A stretch of 64,000 nt of DNA from the human T2T-CHM13v2.0 reference genome, Homo sapiens. Each line of letters starts with the position of its first letter. Within the stretch, counting starts at the first letter, position 1. The DNA is taken from the NCBI RefSeq assembly GCF_009914755.1, contig NC_060945.1, one strand, 5' to 3'. Positions 32,202 to 49,449 of the stretch are shown piece after piece. The position numbers and the translations under genes are program-made. The notes under the pieces were generated by a model that was not told where the DNA came from, did no database searches, and was given only the letters and a program-made list of their open reading frames with translations.

Positions 32202-32253
<52 letters not shown>

Positions 32254-32427
32254 CTATGTATGTACGTATGTATGTATGTATGTGAGTGAGATGGGTTTCG
32301 GGGTTCTATCATGTTGCCCACGCTGGTCTCGAACTCCTGTCCTCAAGCAATCCGCCTGCCTGCCTCGGCCGCCCACACTGCTGCTATTACAGGCGTGAGA
32401 CGCTGCGCCTGGCTCCTTCTACATTTG

Positions 32428-32458
<31 letters not shown>

Positions 32459-34078
32459 ATCAATCGTCTTCTTTTTAGTACGGATGTGCTCTCGCTTTAT
32501 TGTCCATGCTCTGGGCACACGTGGTCTCTTTTCAAACTTCTATGATTATTATTATTGTAGGCGTCATCTCACGTGTCGAGGTGATCTCGAACTTTTAGGC
32601 TCCAGAGATCCTCCCGCATCGGCCTCCCGGAGTGCTGTGATGACACGCGTGGGCACGGTACGCTCTGGTCGTGTTTGTCGTGGGTCGGTTCTTTCCGTTT
32701 TTAATACGGGGACTGCGAACGAAGAAAATTTCCAGACGCATCTCACCGATCCGCCTTTTCGTTCTTTCTTTTTATTCTCTTTAGACGGAGTTTCACTCTT
32801 GTCGCCCAGGGTGGAGTACGATGGCGGCTCTCGGCTCACCGCACCCTCCGCCTCCCAGGTTCAAGTGATTCTCCTGCCTCAGCCTTCCCGAGTAGCTGGA
32901 ATGACAGAGATGAGCCATCGTGCCCGGCTAATTTTTCTATTTTTACTACAGATGGGGTTTCTCCATCTTGGTCAGGCTGGTCTTCAACTTCCGACCGTTG
33001 GAGAATCTTAACTTTCTTGGTGGTGGTTGTTTTCCTTTTTCTTTTTTTTCTTTTCTTTTCTTTCCTTCTCCTCCCCCCCCACCCCCCCTTGTCGTCGTCG
33101 TCCTCCTCCTCCTCCTCCTCCTCCTCCTCCTCTTTCATTTCTTTCAGCTGGGCTCTCCTACGTGTGTTGCTCTGTTGCTCACGCTGGTCTCAAACTCCTG
33201 GCCTTGACGCTTCTCCCGTCACATCCGCCGTCTGGTTGTTGAAATGAGCATCTCTCGTAAAATGGAAAAGATGAAAGAAATAAACACGAAGACGGAAAGC
33301 ACGGTGTGAACGTTTCTCTTGCCGTCTCCCGGGGTGTACCTTGGACCCGGAAACACGGAGGGAGCTTGGCTGAGTGGGTTTTCGGTGCCGAAACCTCCCG
33401 AGGGCCTCCTTCCCTCTCCCCCTTGTCCCCGCTTCTCCCCCAGCCGAGGCTCCCACCGCCGCCCTGGCATTTTCCATAGGAGAGGTATGGGAGAGGACTG
33501 ACACGCCTTCCAGGTCTATATCCTGCCGGACGTCTCTGGCTCGGCGTGCCCCACCGGCTACCTGCCACCTTCCAGGGAGCTCTGAGGCGGATGCGACCCC
33601 CACCCCCCCGTCACGTCCCGCTACCCTCCCCCGGCTGGCCTTTGCCGGGCGACCCCAGGGGAACCGCGTTGATGCTGCCTTCGGATCCTCCGGCGAAGAC
33701 TTCCACCGGATGCCCCGGGTGGGCCGGTTGGGATCAGACTGGACCACCCCGGACCGTGCTGTTCTTGGGGGTGGGTTGACGTACAGGGTGGACTGGCAGC
33801 CCCAGCATTGTAAAGGGTGCGTGGGTATGGAAATGTCACCTAGGATGCCCTCCTTCCCTTCGGTCTGCCTTCAGCTGCCTCAGGCGTGAAGACAACTTCC
33901 CATCGGAACCTCTTCTCTTCCCTTTCTCCAGCACACAGATGAGACGCACGAGAGGGAGAAACAGCTCAATAGATACCGCTGACCTTCATTTGTGGAATCC
34001 TCAGTCATCGACACACAAGACAGGTGACTAGGCAGGGACACAGATCAAACACTATTTCCGGGTCCTCGTGGTGGGATT

Positions 34079-34119
<41 letters not shown>

Positions 34120-34789
34120 CGCGCACGCGCGCACACACACACACAATTTCCATATCTAGTTCACAGAGCACACTCACTTCCCCTTTTCACAGTACGCAGG
34201 CTGAGTAAAACCCGCCCCACCCTCCACCCGTTGGCTGACGAAACCCCTTCTCTACAATTGATGAAAAAGATGATCTGGGCCGGGCACGCTAGCTCACGCC
34301 TGTCACTCCGGCACTTTGGGAGGCCGAGGCGGGTGGATCGCTTGGGGCCGGGAGTTCGAGACCAGGCTGGCCGACGTGGCGAAACCCCGTCTCTCTGAAA
34401 AATAGAACGATTAGCCGGGCCTGGTGGCGTGGGCTTGGAATCACGACCGCTCGGGAGACTGGGGCGGGCGACTTGTTCCAACCGGGGAGGCCGAGGTTGC
34501 GATGAGCTGAGATCGTGCCGTGGCGATGCGGCCTGGATGACGGAGCGAGACCCCGTCTCGAGAGAATCATGATGTTATTATAAGATGAGTTGTGCGCGGT
34601 GATGGCCGCCTGTAGTCGCGGCTACTCGGGAGGCTGAGACGAGGAGAAGATCACTTGAGGCCCCACAGGTCGAGGCTTCGGTCGGCCGTGACCCACTGTA
34701 TCCTGGGCAGTCACCGGTCAAGGAGATATGCCCCTTCCCCGTTTGCTTTTCTTTTCTTCCCTTCTCTTTTCTTCTTTTTGCTTCTCTTT

Positions 34790-34821
<32 letters not shown>

Positions 34822-35600
34822 TTTCTTTTTCTCTCTTCCCCTCTTTCTTTCCTGCCTTCCTGCCTTTCTTCTTTTCTTCTTTCCTCCCTTCCTCCCTTCC
34901 TTCTTTCCTCCCGCCTCAGCCTCCCAAAGTGCTGGGATGACTGGCGGGAGGCACCATGCCTGCTTGGCCCAAAGAGACCCTCTTGGAAAGTGAGACGCAG
35001 AGAGCGCCTTCCAGTGATCTCATTGACTGATTTAGAGACGGCATCTCGCTCCGTCACCCCGGCAGTGGTGCCGTCGTAACTCACTCCCTGCAGCGTGGAC
35101 GCTCCTGGACTCGAGCGATCCTTCCACCTCAGCCTCCAGAGTACAGAGCCTGGGACCGCGGGCACGCGCCACTGTGCCCACACCGTTTTTAATTGTTTTT
35201 TTTTCCCCCGAGACAGAGTTTCACTCTCGTGGCCTAGACTGCAGTGCGGTGGCGCGATCTTGGCTCACCGCAACCTCTGCCTCCCGGTTTCAAGCGATTC
35301 TCCTGCATCGGCCTCCTGAGTAGCCGGGATTGCGGGCATGCGCTGCCACGTCTGGCTGATTTCGTATTTTTAGTGGAGACGGGGCTTCTCCATGTCGATC
35401 GGGCTGGTTTCGAACTCCCGACCTCAGGTGATCCGCCCTCCCCGGCCTCCGGAAGTGCTGGGATGACAGGCGTGAGCCACCGCGCCCGGCCTTCATTTTT
35501 AAATGTTTTCCCACAGACGGGGTCTCATCATTTCTTTGCAACCCTCCTGCCCGGCGTCTCAAAGTGCTGGCGTGACGGGCGTGAGCCACTGCGCCTGGAC
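31230..35600. mobile_element. Proximal IGS Alu/Alu-fragment cluster (31230-31350 -, 32130-32415 - split by (TG)n, 32782-33000 -, 34278-34563 +, 34590-34720 +, 35033-35185 -, 35209-35491 -, 35515-35600 -)
   Basis: Diverged, CpG-rich Alu consensus blocks interleaved with (CA)n at 31407-31457, (GGGGT)n at 31793-31837, (CCTT)n and (TTTC)n. Boundaries are approximate. Confidence 0.85.
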
Positions 35601-35639
35601 TCCGGGGAATGACTCACGACCACCATCGCTCTACTGATC

Positions 35640-35694
<55 letters not shown>

Positions 35695-36242
35695 GATGAA
35701 TTATCTTATGATTTATTTGTGTACTTATTTTCAGACGGAGTCTCGCTCTGGGCGGGGCGAGGCGAGGCGAGGCACAGCGCATCGCTTTGGAAGCCGCGGC
35801 AACGCCTTTCAAAGCCCCATTCGTATGCACAGAGCCTTATTCCCTTCCTGGAGTTGGAGCTGATGCCTTCCGTAGCCTTGGGCTTCTCTCCATTCGGAAG
35901 CTTTGACAGGCGCAACCCCACCCAGAGGCTGGCTGCGGCTGAGGATTAGGGGGTGTGTTGGGGCTGAAAACTGGGTCCCCTATTTTTGATACCTCAGCCG
36001 ACACATCCCCCGACCGCCATCGCTTGCTCGCCCTCTGAGATCCCCCGCCTCCACCGCCTTGCAGGCTCACCTCTTACTTTCATTTCTTCCTTTCTTGCGT
36101 TTGAGGAGGGGGTGCGGGAATGAGGGTGTGTGTGGGGAGGGGGTGCGGGGTGGGGACGGAGGGGAGCGTCCTAAGGGTCGATTTAGTGTCATGCCTCTTT
36201 CACCACCACCACCACCACCACCGAAGATGACAGCAAGGATCG

Positions 36243-36513
36243 GCTAAATACCGCGTGTTCTCATCTAGAAGTGGGAACTTACAGATGACAGTTCTTGCAT
36301 GGGCAGAACGAGGGGGACCGGGGACGCGGAAGTCTGCTTGAGGGAGGAGGGGTGGAAGGAGAGACAGCTTCAGGAAGAAAACAAAACACGAATACTGTCG
36401 GACACAGCACTGACTACCCGGGTGATGAAATCATCTGCACACTGAACACCCCCGTCACAAGTTTACCTATGTCACAATCTTGCACATGTATGCTTGAACG
36501 ACAAATAAAAGTT
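36243..36513 (+). mobile_element. Old primate L1 (L1PA13-16/L1PB-like) 3' terminal fragment
   Basis: AAATACCGCGTGTTCTCA...GGGTGATGAAATCATCTGCACA...ACAAGTTTACCTATGTCACAA...AAATAAAAGTT resembles the recalled L1 3'UTR end. AATAAA at 36504 is followed by a (GA)n tail. Confidence 0.8.
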
Positions 36514-36714
36514 AGGGGGGAGAAGAGAGGAGAGAGAGAGAGAGAGAGAGACAGAGAGAGACAGAGAGAGAGAGAGAGGAGGGAGAGAGAAAACGAAACA
36601 CCACCTCCTTGACCTGAGTCAGGGGGTTTCTGGCCTTTTGGGAGAACGTTCAGCGACAATGCAGTATTTGGGCCCGTTCTTTTTTTTTCTTCTTCTTTTC
36701 TTTCTTTTTTTTTG

Positions 36715-40350
<3,636 letters not shown>

Positions 40351-40678
40351 TCTGTCAGACACCCCCGTGCCGGGTAGGGCCCTGCCCCTTCCACGAAAGT
40401 GAGAAGCGCGTGCTTCGGTGCTTAGAGAGGCCGAGAGGAATCTAGACAGGCGGGCCTTGCTGGGCTTCCCCACTCGGTGTATGATTTCGGGAGGTCGAGG
40501 CCGGGTCCCCGCTTGGATGCGAGGGGCATTTTCAGACTTTTCTCTCGGTCACGTGTGGCGTCCGTACTTCTCCTATTTCCCCGATAAGCTCCTCGACTTC
40601 AACATAAACGGCGTCCTAAGGGTCGATTTAGTGTCATGCCTCTTTCACCGCCACCACCGAAGATGAAAGCAAAGATCG

Positions 40679-40949
40679 GCTAAATACCGCGTGTTCTCAT
40701 CTAGAAGTGGGAACTTACAGATGACAGTTCTTGCATGGGCAGAACGAGGGGGACCGGGGACGCGGAAGCCTGCTTGAGGGAGGAGGGGTGGAAGGAGAGA
40801 CAGCTTCAGGAAGAAAACAAAACACGAATACTGTCGGACACAGCACTGACTACCCGGGTGATGAAATCATCTGCACACTGAACACCCCCGTCACAAGTTT
40901 ACCTATGTCACAGTCTTGCTCATGTATGCTTGAACGACAAATAAAAGTT
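40679..40949 (+). mobile_element. L1 3' terminal fragment (LR2 copy)
   Basis: Duplicate of 36243-36513. AATAAA at 40940. Confidence 0.8.
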
Positions 40950-41009
40950 CGGGGGGGAGAAGAGAGGAGAGAGAGAGAGAGACGGGGAGAGAGGGGGGAG
41001 AGGGGGGGG

Positions 41010-41058
<49 letters not shown>

Positions 41059-41620
41059 GTAAAACCAACCACCACCTCCTTGACCTGAGTCAGGGGGTTT
41101 CTGGCCTTTTGGGAGAACGTTCAGCGACAATGCAGTATTTGGGCCCGTTCTTTTTTTCTTCTTCTTCTTTTCTTTCTTTTTTTTTGGACTGAGTCTCTCT
41201 CGCTCTGTCACCCAGGCTGCGGTGCGGTGGCGCTCTCTCGGCTCACTGAAACCTCTGCTTCCCGGGTTCCAGTGATTCTTCTTCGGTAGCTGGGATTACA
41301 GGTGCGCACCATGACGGCCGGCTCATCGTTCTATTTTTAGTAGAGACGGGGTTTCTCCACGTTGGCCACGCTGGTCTCGAACTCCTGACCACAAATGATC
41401 CACCTTCCTGGGCCTCCCAAAGTGCTGGAAACGACAGGCCTGAGCCGCCGGGATTTCAGCCTTTAAAAGCGCGGGCCCTGCCACCTTTCGCTGCGGCCCT
41501 TACGCTCAGAATGACGTGTCCTCTCTGCCGTAGGTTGACTCCTTGAGTCCCCTAGGCCATTGCACTGTAGCCTGGGCAGCAAGAGCCAAACTCCGTCCCC
41601 CCACCTCCCCGCGCACATAA

Positions 41621-41651
<31 letters not shown>

Positions 41652-41824
41652 AATCTCTACACGTCACCCATAAGTGTGTGTTCCCGTGAGGAGTGATTTC
41701 TAAGAAATGGCACTGTACACTGAACGCAGTGGCTCACGTCTGTCATCCCGAGGTCAGGAGTTCGAGACCAGCCCGGCCAACGTGGTGAAACCCCCGTCTC
41801 TACTGAAAATACGAAATGGAGTCA

Positions 41825-42100
<276 letters not shown>

Positions 42101-42114
42101 CTACTGGGCTAGGG

Positions 42115-42632
42115 CCTTCTCTCTGTCTGTTTCTCTCTGTTCGTCTCTGTCTTTCTCTCTGTGTCTCTTTCTCTGTCTGTCTGTCTGTCTGTCTGTCTCT
42201 TTCTTTCTTTCTGTCTCTGTCTTTGTCCCTCTCTCTCCCTCTCTGCCTGTCTCACTGTGTCTGTCTTCTATCTTACTCTCTTTCTCTCCCCGTCTGTCTC
42301 TCTCTCACTCCCTCCCTGTCTGTTTCTCTCTCTCTCTCTTTCTGTCTGTTTCTGTCTCTCTCTGTCTGCCTCTCTCTTTCTCTATCTGTCTCTTTCTCTG
42401 TCTGTCTGCCCCTCTCTTTCTTTTTCTGTGTCTCTCTGTCTGTCTCTCTCTCTCTCTGTGCCTATCTTCTGTCTTACTCTCTTTCTCTGCCTGTCTGTCT
42501 GTCTCTCTCTGTCTCTCCCTCCCTTTCTGCTTCTCTCTCTCTCTCTCTCTCTCCCCCCTCCCTGTCTGTTTCTCTCTGTCTCCCTCTCTTTCTGTCTGTT
42601 TCTCACTGTCTCTCTCTGTCTGTCTGTTTCAT

Positions 42633-42667
<35 letters not shown>

Positions 42668-42767
42668 GTCTCTCCCTCTCTGTGTGTATCTTTTGTCTTA
42701 CTCTCCTTCTCTGCCTGTCCGTCTGTCTGTCTGTCTCTCTCTCTCCCTGTCCCTCTCTCTTTCTGTC

Positions 42768-42808
<41 letters not shown>

Positions 42809-43085
42809 GTCTTTCTCTGTCTGTCCCTTTCTCTGTCTGTCTGCCTCTCTCTTTCTCTTTCTGTGTCTCTCTGTCTCTCTCTCTGTGCCTATCTTCTGTC
42901 TTACTCTCTTTCTCTGCCTGTCTATCTGTCTGTCTCTCTCTGTCTCTCTCCCTGCCTTTCTGTTTCTCTCTCTCTCCCTCTCTCGCTCTCTCTGTCTTTC
43001 TCTCTTTCTCTCTGTTTCTCTGTCTCTCTCTGTCCGTCTCTGTCTTTTTCTGTCTGTCTGTCTCTCTCTTTCTTTCTGTCGTCTG

Positions 43086-43121
<36 letters not shown>

Positions 43122-43320
43122 TCCTTGTCTCTCTCACTGTGTCTGTCTTCTGTCTTACTCTCCTTCTCTGCCTGTCCATCTGTCTGTCTGTCTCTCTCTC
43201 TCTCTCCCTACCTTTCTGTTTCTCTCTCGCTAGCTCTCTCTCTCTCTGCCTGTTTCTCTCTTTCTCTCTCTGTCTTTCTCTGTCTGTCTCTTTCTCTGTC
43301 TGTCTGTCTCTTTCTCTCTG

Positions 43321-43363
<43 letters not shown>

Positions 43364-43756
43364 GCCTCTCTCACTGTGTCTGTCTTCTGTCTTATTCTCT
43401 TTCTCTCTCTGTCTCTCTCTCTCTCTCCTTTCCTGTCTGTTTTTCTCTCTCTCTCTCTCTTTCTGCCTGTTTCTCTCTGTCTGTCTCTGTCTTTCTCTGT
43501 CTGTCTGCCTCTCTCTTTCTTTTTCTGCGTCTCTCTGTCTCTCTCTCTCTCTCTCTCTGTTCCTATCTTCTGTCTTACTCTGTTTCCTTGCCTGCCTGCC
43601 TGTCTGTGTGTCTGTCTCTCTCTCTCTCTCTCTTTCTCTCTCCCTCCCTTTCTCTTTCTCTGTCTCTCTCTCTCTTTCTGTGTGTTTCTCTCTGTCTCTC
43701 TGTCCATCTCTGTCTTTCTATGTCTGTCTCTCTCTTTCTCTCTGTCTCTGTCTCTG

Positions 43757-43793
<37 letters not shown>

Positions 43794-44622
43794 GTCTCTC
43801 TCACTGTGTGTGTCTGTCTTCTGTCTTACTCTCCTTCTCTGCCTGTCCGTCTGTCTGTCTGTCTCTCCCTCTCTCTCCCTCCCTTTCTGTTTCTCTCTCT
43901 CTCTCTTTCTGTCTGTTTCTCTCTTTCTCTCTCTGTCTGTCTCTTTCTCTGTCTGTCTGTCTCTCTCTTTCTTTTTCTCTGTCTCTCTGTCTCTCTCTGT
44001 GTCTGTCTCTCTGTCTGTGCCTATCTTCTGTCTTACTCTCTTTCTCTGGCTGTCTGCCTGTCTCTCTCTCTCTCTCTGTCTGTCTCCGTCCCTCTCTCCC
44101 TGTCTGTCTGTTTCTCTCTCTGCCTCTCTCTCTCTCTGTCTGTCTCTTTCTCTGTCTGTCTGTCTCTCTCTTTCTTTTTCTCTGTCTCTCTGTCTCTCTC
44201 TGTGTCTGTCTCTCTTTCTGTGCCTATCTTCTGTCTTACTCTCTTTCTCTGGCTGTCTGCCTGTCTCTCTCTCTCTGCCTGTCTCCGTCCCTCCCTCCCT
44301 GTCTGTCTGTTTCTCTCTCTGTCTCTGTCTCTCTGTCCATCTCTGTCTGTCTCTTTCTCTTTCTCTCTCTCTGTCTCTGTCTCTCTCTCTCTCTGCCTGT
44401 CTCTCTCACTGTGTCTGTCTTCTGTCTTACTCTCTTTCTCTGCCTGCCTCTCTGTCTGTCTGTCTCTCTCCCTCCATGTCTCTCTCTCTCTCTCACTCAC
44501 TCTCTCTCCGTCTCTCTCTCTTTCTGTCTGTTTCTCTCTCTGTCTGTCTCTCTCCCTCCATGTCTCTCTCTCTCCCTCTCACTCACTCTCTCTCCGTCTC
44601 TCTCTCTCTTTCTGTCTGTTTC

Positions 44623-44665
<43 letters not shown>

Positions 44666-44702
44666 GTTTGTCTTTCTCCCTCCCTGTCTGTCTGTCTGTC
44701 TC

Positions 44703-44735
<33 letters not shown>

Positions 44736-44810
44736 TTCTCTTTCTGTCTGTTTCTCTCTATCTCTCGCTGTCCATCTCTGTCTTTCTATGTCTGTCTCTT
44801 TCTCTGTCAG
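42115..44810 (+). repeat. Polypyrimidine (CT/CTGT) compound microsatellite, LR2
   Basis: Same composition and anchor as the LR1 tract. Confidence 0.97.
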
Positions 44811-46641
44811 TCTGTCAGACACCCCCGTGCCGGGTAGGGCCCTGCCCCTTCCACGAGAGTGAGAAGCGCGTGCTTCGGTGCTTAGAGAGGCCGAGAGGAA
44901 TCTAGACAGGCGGGCCTTGCTGGGCTTCCCCACTCGGTGTACGATTTCGGGAGGTCGAGGCCGGGTCCCCGCTTGGATGCGAGGGGCATTTTCAGACTTT
45001 TCTCTCGGTCACGTGTGGCGTCCGTACTTCTCCTATTTCCCCGATAAGCTCCTCGACTTCAACATAAACTGTTAAGGCCGGACGCAACACGGCGAAACCC
45101 CGTCTCTACTAAAAATACAAAGCTGAGTCGGGAGCGGTGGGGCAGGCCCCTGTAATGCCAGCTCCTCGGGAGGCTGAGGCGGGAGAATCGCTTGAACCAG
45201 GGAAGCGGAGGCTGCAGGGAGCCGAGATCGCGCCACTGCACTACGGCCCAGGCTGTAGAGTGAGTGAGACTCGGTCTCTAAATAAATACGGAAATTAATT
45301 AATTCATTAATTCTTTTCCCTGCTGACGGACATTTGCAGGCAGGCATCGGTTGTCTTCGGGCATCACCTAGCGGCCACTGTTATTGAAAGTCGACGTGAC
45401 ACGGAGGGAGGTCTCGCCGACTTCACCGAGCCTGGGGCAACGGGTTTCTCTCTCTCCCTTCTGGAGGCCCCTCCCTCTCTCCCTCGTTGCCTAGGGAACC
45501 TCGCCTAGGGAACCTCCGCCCTGGCGGGGGCCCTATTGTTCTTTGATCGGCGCTTTACTTTTCTTTGTGTTTTGGCGCCTAGACTCTTCTACTTGGGCTT
45601 TGGGAAGGGTCAGTTTAATTTTCAAGTTGCCCCCCGGCTCCCCCCACTACCCACGTCCCTTCACCTTAATTTAGTGAGTCGGTTAGGTGGGTTTCCCCCA
45701 AACCGCCCCCCCCCCCCCCCGCCTCCCAACACCCTGCTTGGAAACCTTCCAGAGCCACCCCGGTGTGCCTCCGTCTTCTCTCCCCTTCCCCCACCCCTTG
45801 CCGGCGATCTCATTCTTGCCAGGCTGACATTTGCATCGGTGGGCGTCAGGCCTCACTCGGGGGCCACCGTTTTTGAAGATGGGGGCGGCACGGTCCCACT
45901 TCCCCGGAGGCAGCTTGGGCCGATGGCATAGCCCCTTGACCCGCGTGGGCAAGCGGGCGGGTCTGCAGTTGTGAGGCTTTTCCCCCCGCTGCTTCCCGCC
46001 TCAGGCCTCCCTCCCTAGGAAAGCTTCACCCTGGCTGGGTCTCGGTCACCTTTTATCACGATGTTTTAGTTTCTCCGCCCTCCGGCCAGCAGAGTTTCAC
46101 AATGCGAAGGGCGCCACGGCTCTAGTCTGGGCCTTCTCAGTACTTGCCCAAAATAGAAACGCTTTCTGAAAACTAATAACTTTGCTCACTTAAGATTTCC
46201 AGGGACGGCGCCTTGGCCCGTGTTTGTTGGCTTGTTTTGTTTCGTTCTGTTTTGTTTTGTTCGTGTTTTTCCTTTCTCGTATGTCTTTCTTTTCAGGTGA
46301 AGTAGAAATCCCCAGTTTTCAGGAAGACGTCTATTTTCCCCAAGACACGTTAGCTGCCGTTTTTTCCTGTTGTGAACTAGCGCTTTTGTGACTCTCTCAA
46401 CGTGCAGTGAGAGCCGGTTGATGTTTACTATCCTTCATCATGACATCTTATTTTCTAGAAATCCGTAGGCGAATGCTGCTGCTGCTCTTGTTGCTGTTGT
46501 TGTTGTTGTTGTTGTCGTCGTTGCTGTTGTCGTTGTCGTTGTTGTTGTCGTTGTCGTTGTTTTCAAAGTATACCCCGGCCACCGTTTATGGGATCAAAAG
46601 CATTATAAAATATGTGTGATTATTTCTTGAGCACGCCCTTC

Positions 46642-47234
46642 CTCCCCCTCTCTCTGTCTCTCTGTCTGTCTCTGTCTCTCTCTTTCTCTGTCTGTCTTCT
46701 CTCTCTCTCTCTCTCTGTGTCTCTCTCTCTCTGCCTGTCTGTTTCTCTCTCTCTGCCTCTCTCTCTCTCTCTCTCTCTGCCTGTCTCTCTCACTGTGTCT
46801 GTCTTCTGTCTTACTCCCTTTCTCTGTCTGTCTGTCGGTCTCTCTCTCTCTCTCTCCCTGTCTGTATGTTTCTCTCTGTCTCTGTCTCTCTCTCTCTTTC
46901 TGTTTCTCTCTCTCCGTCTCTGTCTTTCTCTGACTGTCTCTCTCTTTCCTTCTCTCTGTCTCTCTCTGCCTGTCTCTCTCACTCTGTCTTCTGTCTTACT
47001 CTCTCTCTCTGCCTGCCTGTCTCTCTCACTCTCTCTCTCTGTGTGTCTCTCTCTCTCTTTCTGTTTCTCTCTGTCTCTCTGTCCGTCTCTGTCTTTCTCT
47101 GTCTGTCTCTTTGTCTGTCTGTCTTTGTCTTTCCTTCTCTCTGTCTCTGTCTCTCTCACTGTGTCTGTCTTCTGTCTTAGTCTCTCTCTCTCTCTCTCCC
47201 TGTCTGTCTGTCTCTCTCTCTCTCTCCCCCTGTC

Positions 47235-47277
<43 letters not shown>

Positions 47278-47806
47278 TTGTCTTTCTTTCTGTCTCTGTC
47301 TCTCTCTCTCTCTCTGTGTGTCTGTCTTCTGTCTTACTGTCTTTCTCTGCCTGTCTGTCTGTCTGTCTCTCTCTGTCTGTCTCTCTCTCTCTCTCCCCCC
47401 TGTCGGCTGTTTCTCTGTCTCTGTCTGTGTCTCTCTTTCTGTCTGTTTCTCTCTGTCTGTCTTTCTCTCTCTGTCTCTTTCTCTCTGTCTCTCTGTCTGT
47501 CTCTGTCTCTCTCTCTGTCTCTCTCTCTCTGTGGGGGTGTGTGTGTGTGTGTGTATGTGTGTGTGTGTGTGTGTGTGTGTCTGCCTTCTGTCTTACTCTC
47601 TTTCTCTGCCTGTCTGTCTGCCTGTCTGTTTGTCTCTCTCTCTCTGCCTGTCTCTCTCCCTTCCTGTCTGTTTCTCTCTCTTTCTGTTTCTCTCTGTCTC
47701 TGTCCATCTCTGTCTTTCTCCGTCTGTCTCTTTATCTGTCTCTCTCTCTCTTTCTGTCTTTCTCTCTCTGTGTATCGTTGTCTCTCTCTGTCTGTCTCTG
47801 TCTCTG

Positions 47807-47839
<33 letters not shown>

Positions 47840-47867
47840 GTCTGTCTGTCCGTCTGTCTGTCTCGGT
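46642..47867 (+). repeat. Polypyrimidine tract, next unit
   Basis: Same sequence at +44787. Confidence 0.97.
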
Positions 47868-49182
47868 CTCTGGCTCTCGCTATCTCCCGCCCTCTCTTTT
47901 TTTGCAAAAGAAGCTCAAGTACATCTAATCTAATCCCTTACCAAGGCCTGAATTCTTCACTTCTGACATCCCAGATTTGATCTCCCTACAGAATGCTGTA
48001 CAGAACTGGCGAGTTGATTTCTGGACTTGGATACCTCATAGAAACTACATATGAATAAAGATCCAATCCTAAAATCTGGGGTGGCTTCTCCCTCGACTGT
48101 CTCGAAAAATCGTACCTCTGTTCCCCTAGGATGCCGGAAGAGTTTTCTCAATGTGCATCTGCCCGTGTCCTAAGTGATCTGTGACCGAGCCCTGTCCGTC
48201 CTGTCTCAAATATGTACGTGCAAACACTTCTCTCCATTTCCACAACTACCCACGGCCCCTTGTGGAACCACTGGCTCTTTGAAAAAAATCCCAGAAGTGG
48301 TTTTGGCTTTTTGGCTAGGAGGCCTAAGCCTGCTGAGAACTTTCCTGCCCAGGATCCTGTGTGACCAAAAGTGCCTCTGCTGGGAGCTGGGATCCTCGGG
48401 ACCATGCTTGCTAGCGCTGGATGAGTCTCTGGAAGGACGCACGGGACTCCGCAAAGCTGACCTGTCCCACCGAGGTCAAATGGATACCTCTGCATTGGCC
48501 CGAGGCCTCCGAAGTACATCACCGTCACCAACCGTCACCGTCAGCATCCTTGTGAGCCTGCCCAAGGCCCCGCCTCCGGGGAGACTCTTGGGAGCCCGGC
48601 CTTCGTCGGCTAAAGTCCAAAGGGATGGTGACTTCCACCCACAAGGTCCCCACTGAACGGCGAAGATGTGGAGCGTAGGTCAGAGAGGGGACCAGGAGGG
48701 GAGACGTCCCGACAGGCGACGAGTTCCCAAGGCTCTGGCCACCCCACCCACGCCCCACGCCCCACGTCCCGGGCACCCGCGGGACACCGCCGCTTTATCC
48801 CCTCCTCTGTCCACAGCCGGCCCCACCCCACCACGCAACCCACGCACACACGCTGGAGGTTCCAAAACCACACGGTGTGACTAGAGCCTGACGGAGCGAG
48901 AGCCCATTTCACGAGGTGGGAGGGGTGGGGGTGGGGTGGGTTGGGGGTTGTGGGGTCTGTGGCGAGCCCGATTCTCCCTCTTGGGTGGCTACAGGCTAGA
49001 AATGAATATCGCTTCTTGGGCGGAGGGGCTTCCTTAGGCCATCACCGCTTGCGGGACTACCTCTCAAACCCTCCCTTGAGGCCACAAAATAGATTCCACC
49101 CCACCCATCGACGTTTCCCCCGGGTGCTGGATGTATCCTGTCAAGAGACCTGAGCCTGACACCGTCGAATTAAACACCTTGA

Positions 49183-49407
<225 letters not shown>

Positions 49408-49449
49408 TAGATTCGAGCCACACCTCATTCCGTGCCACAGAGAGACTTC

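Noticed and set aside
33480-33525. Promoter-like words CTGACACGC and AGGTCTATATC
   Set aside because: The matches are short and in the opposite order to the real core promoter, so they are compatible with chance.
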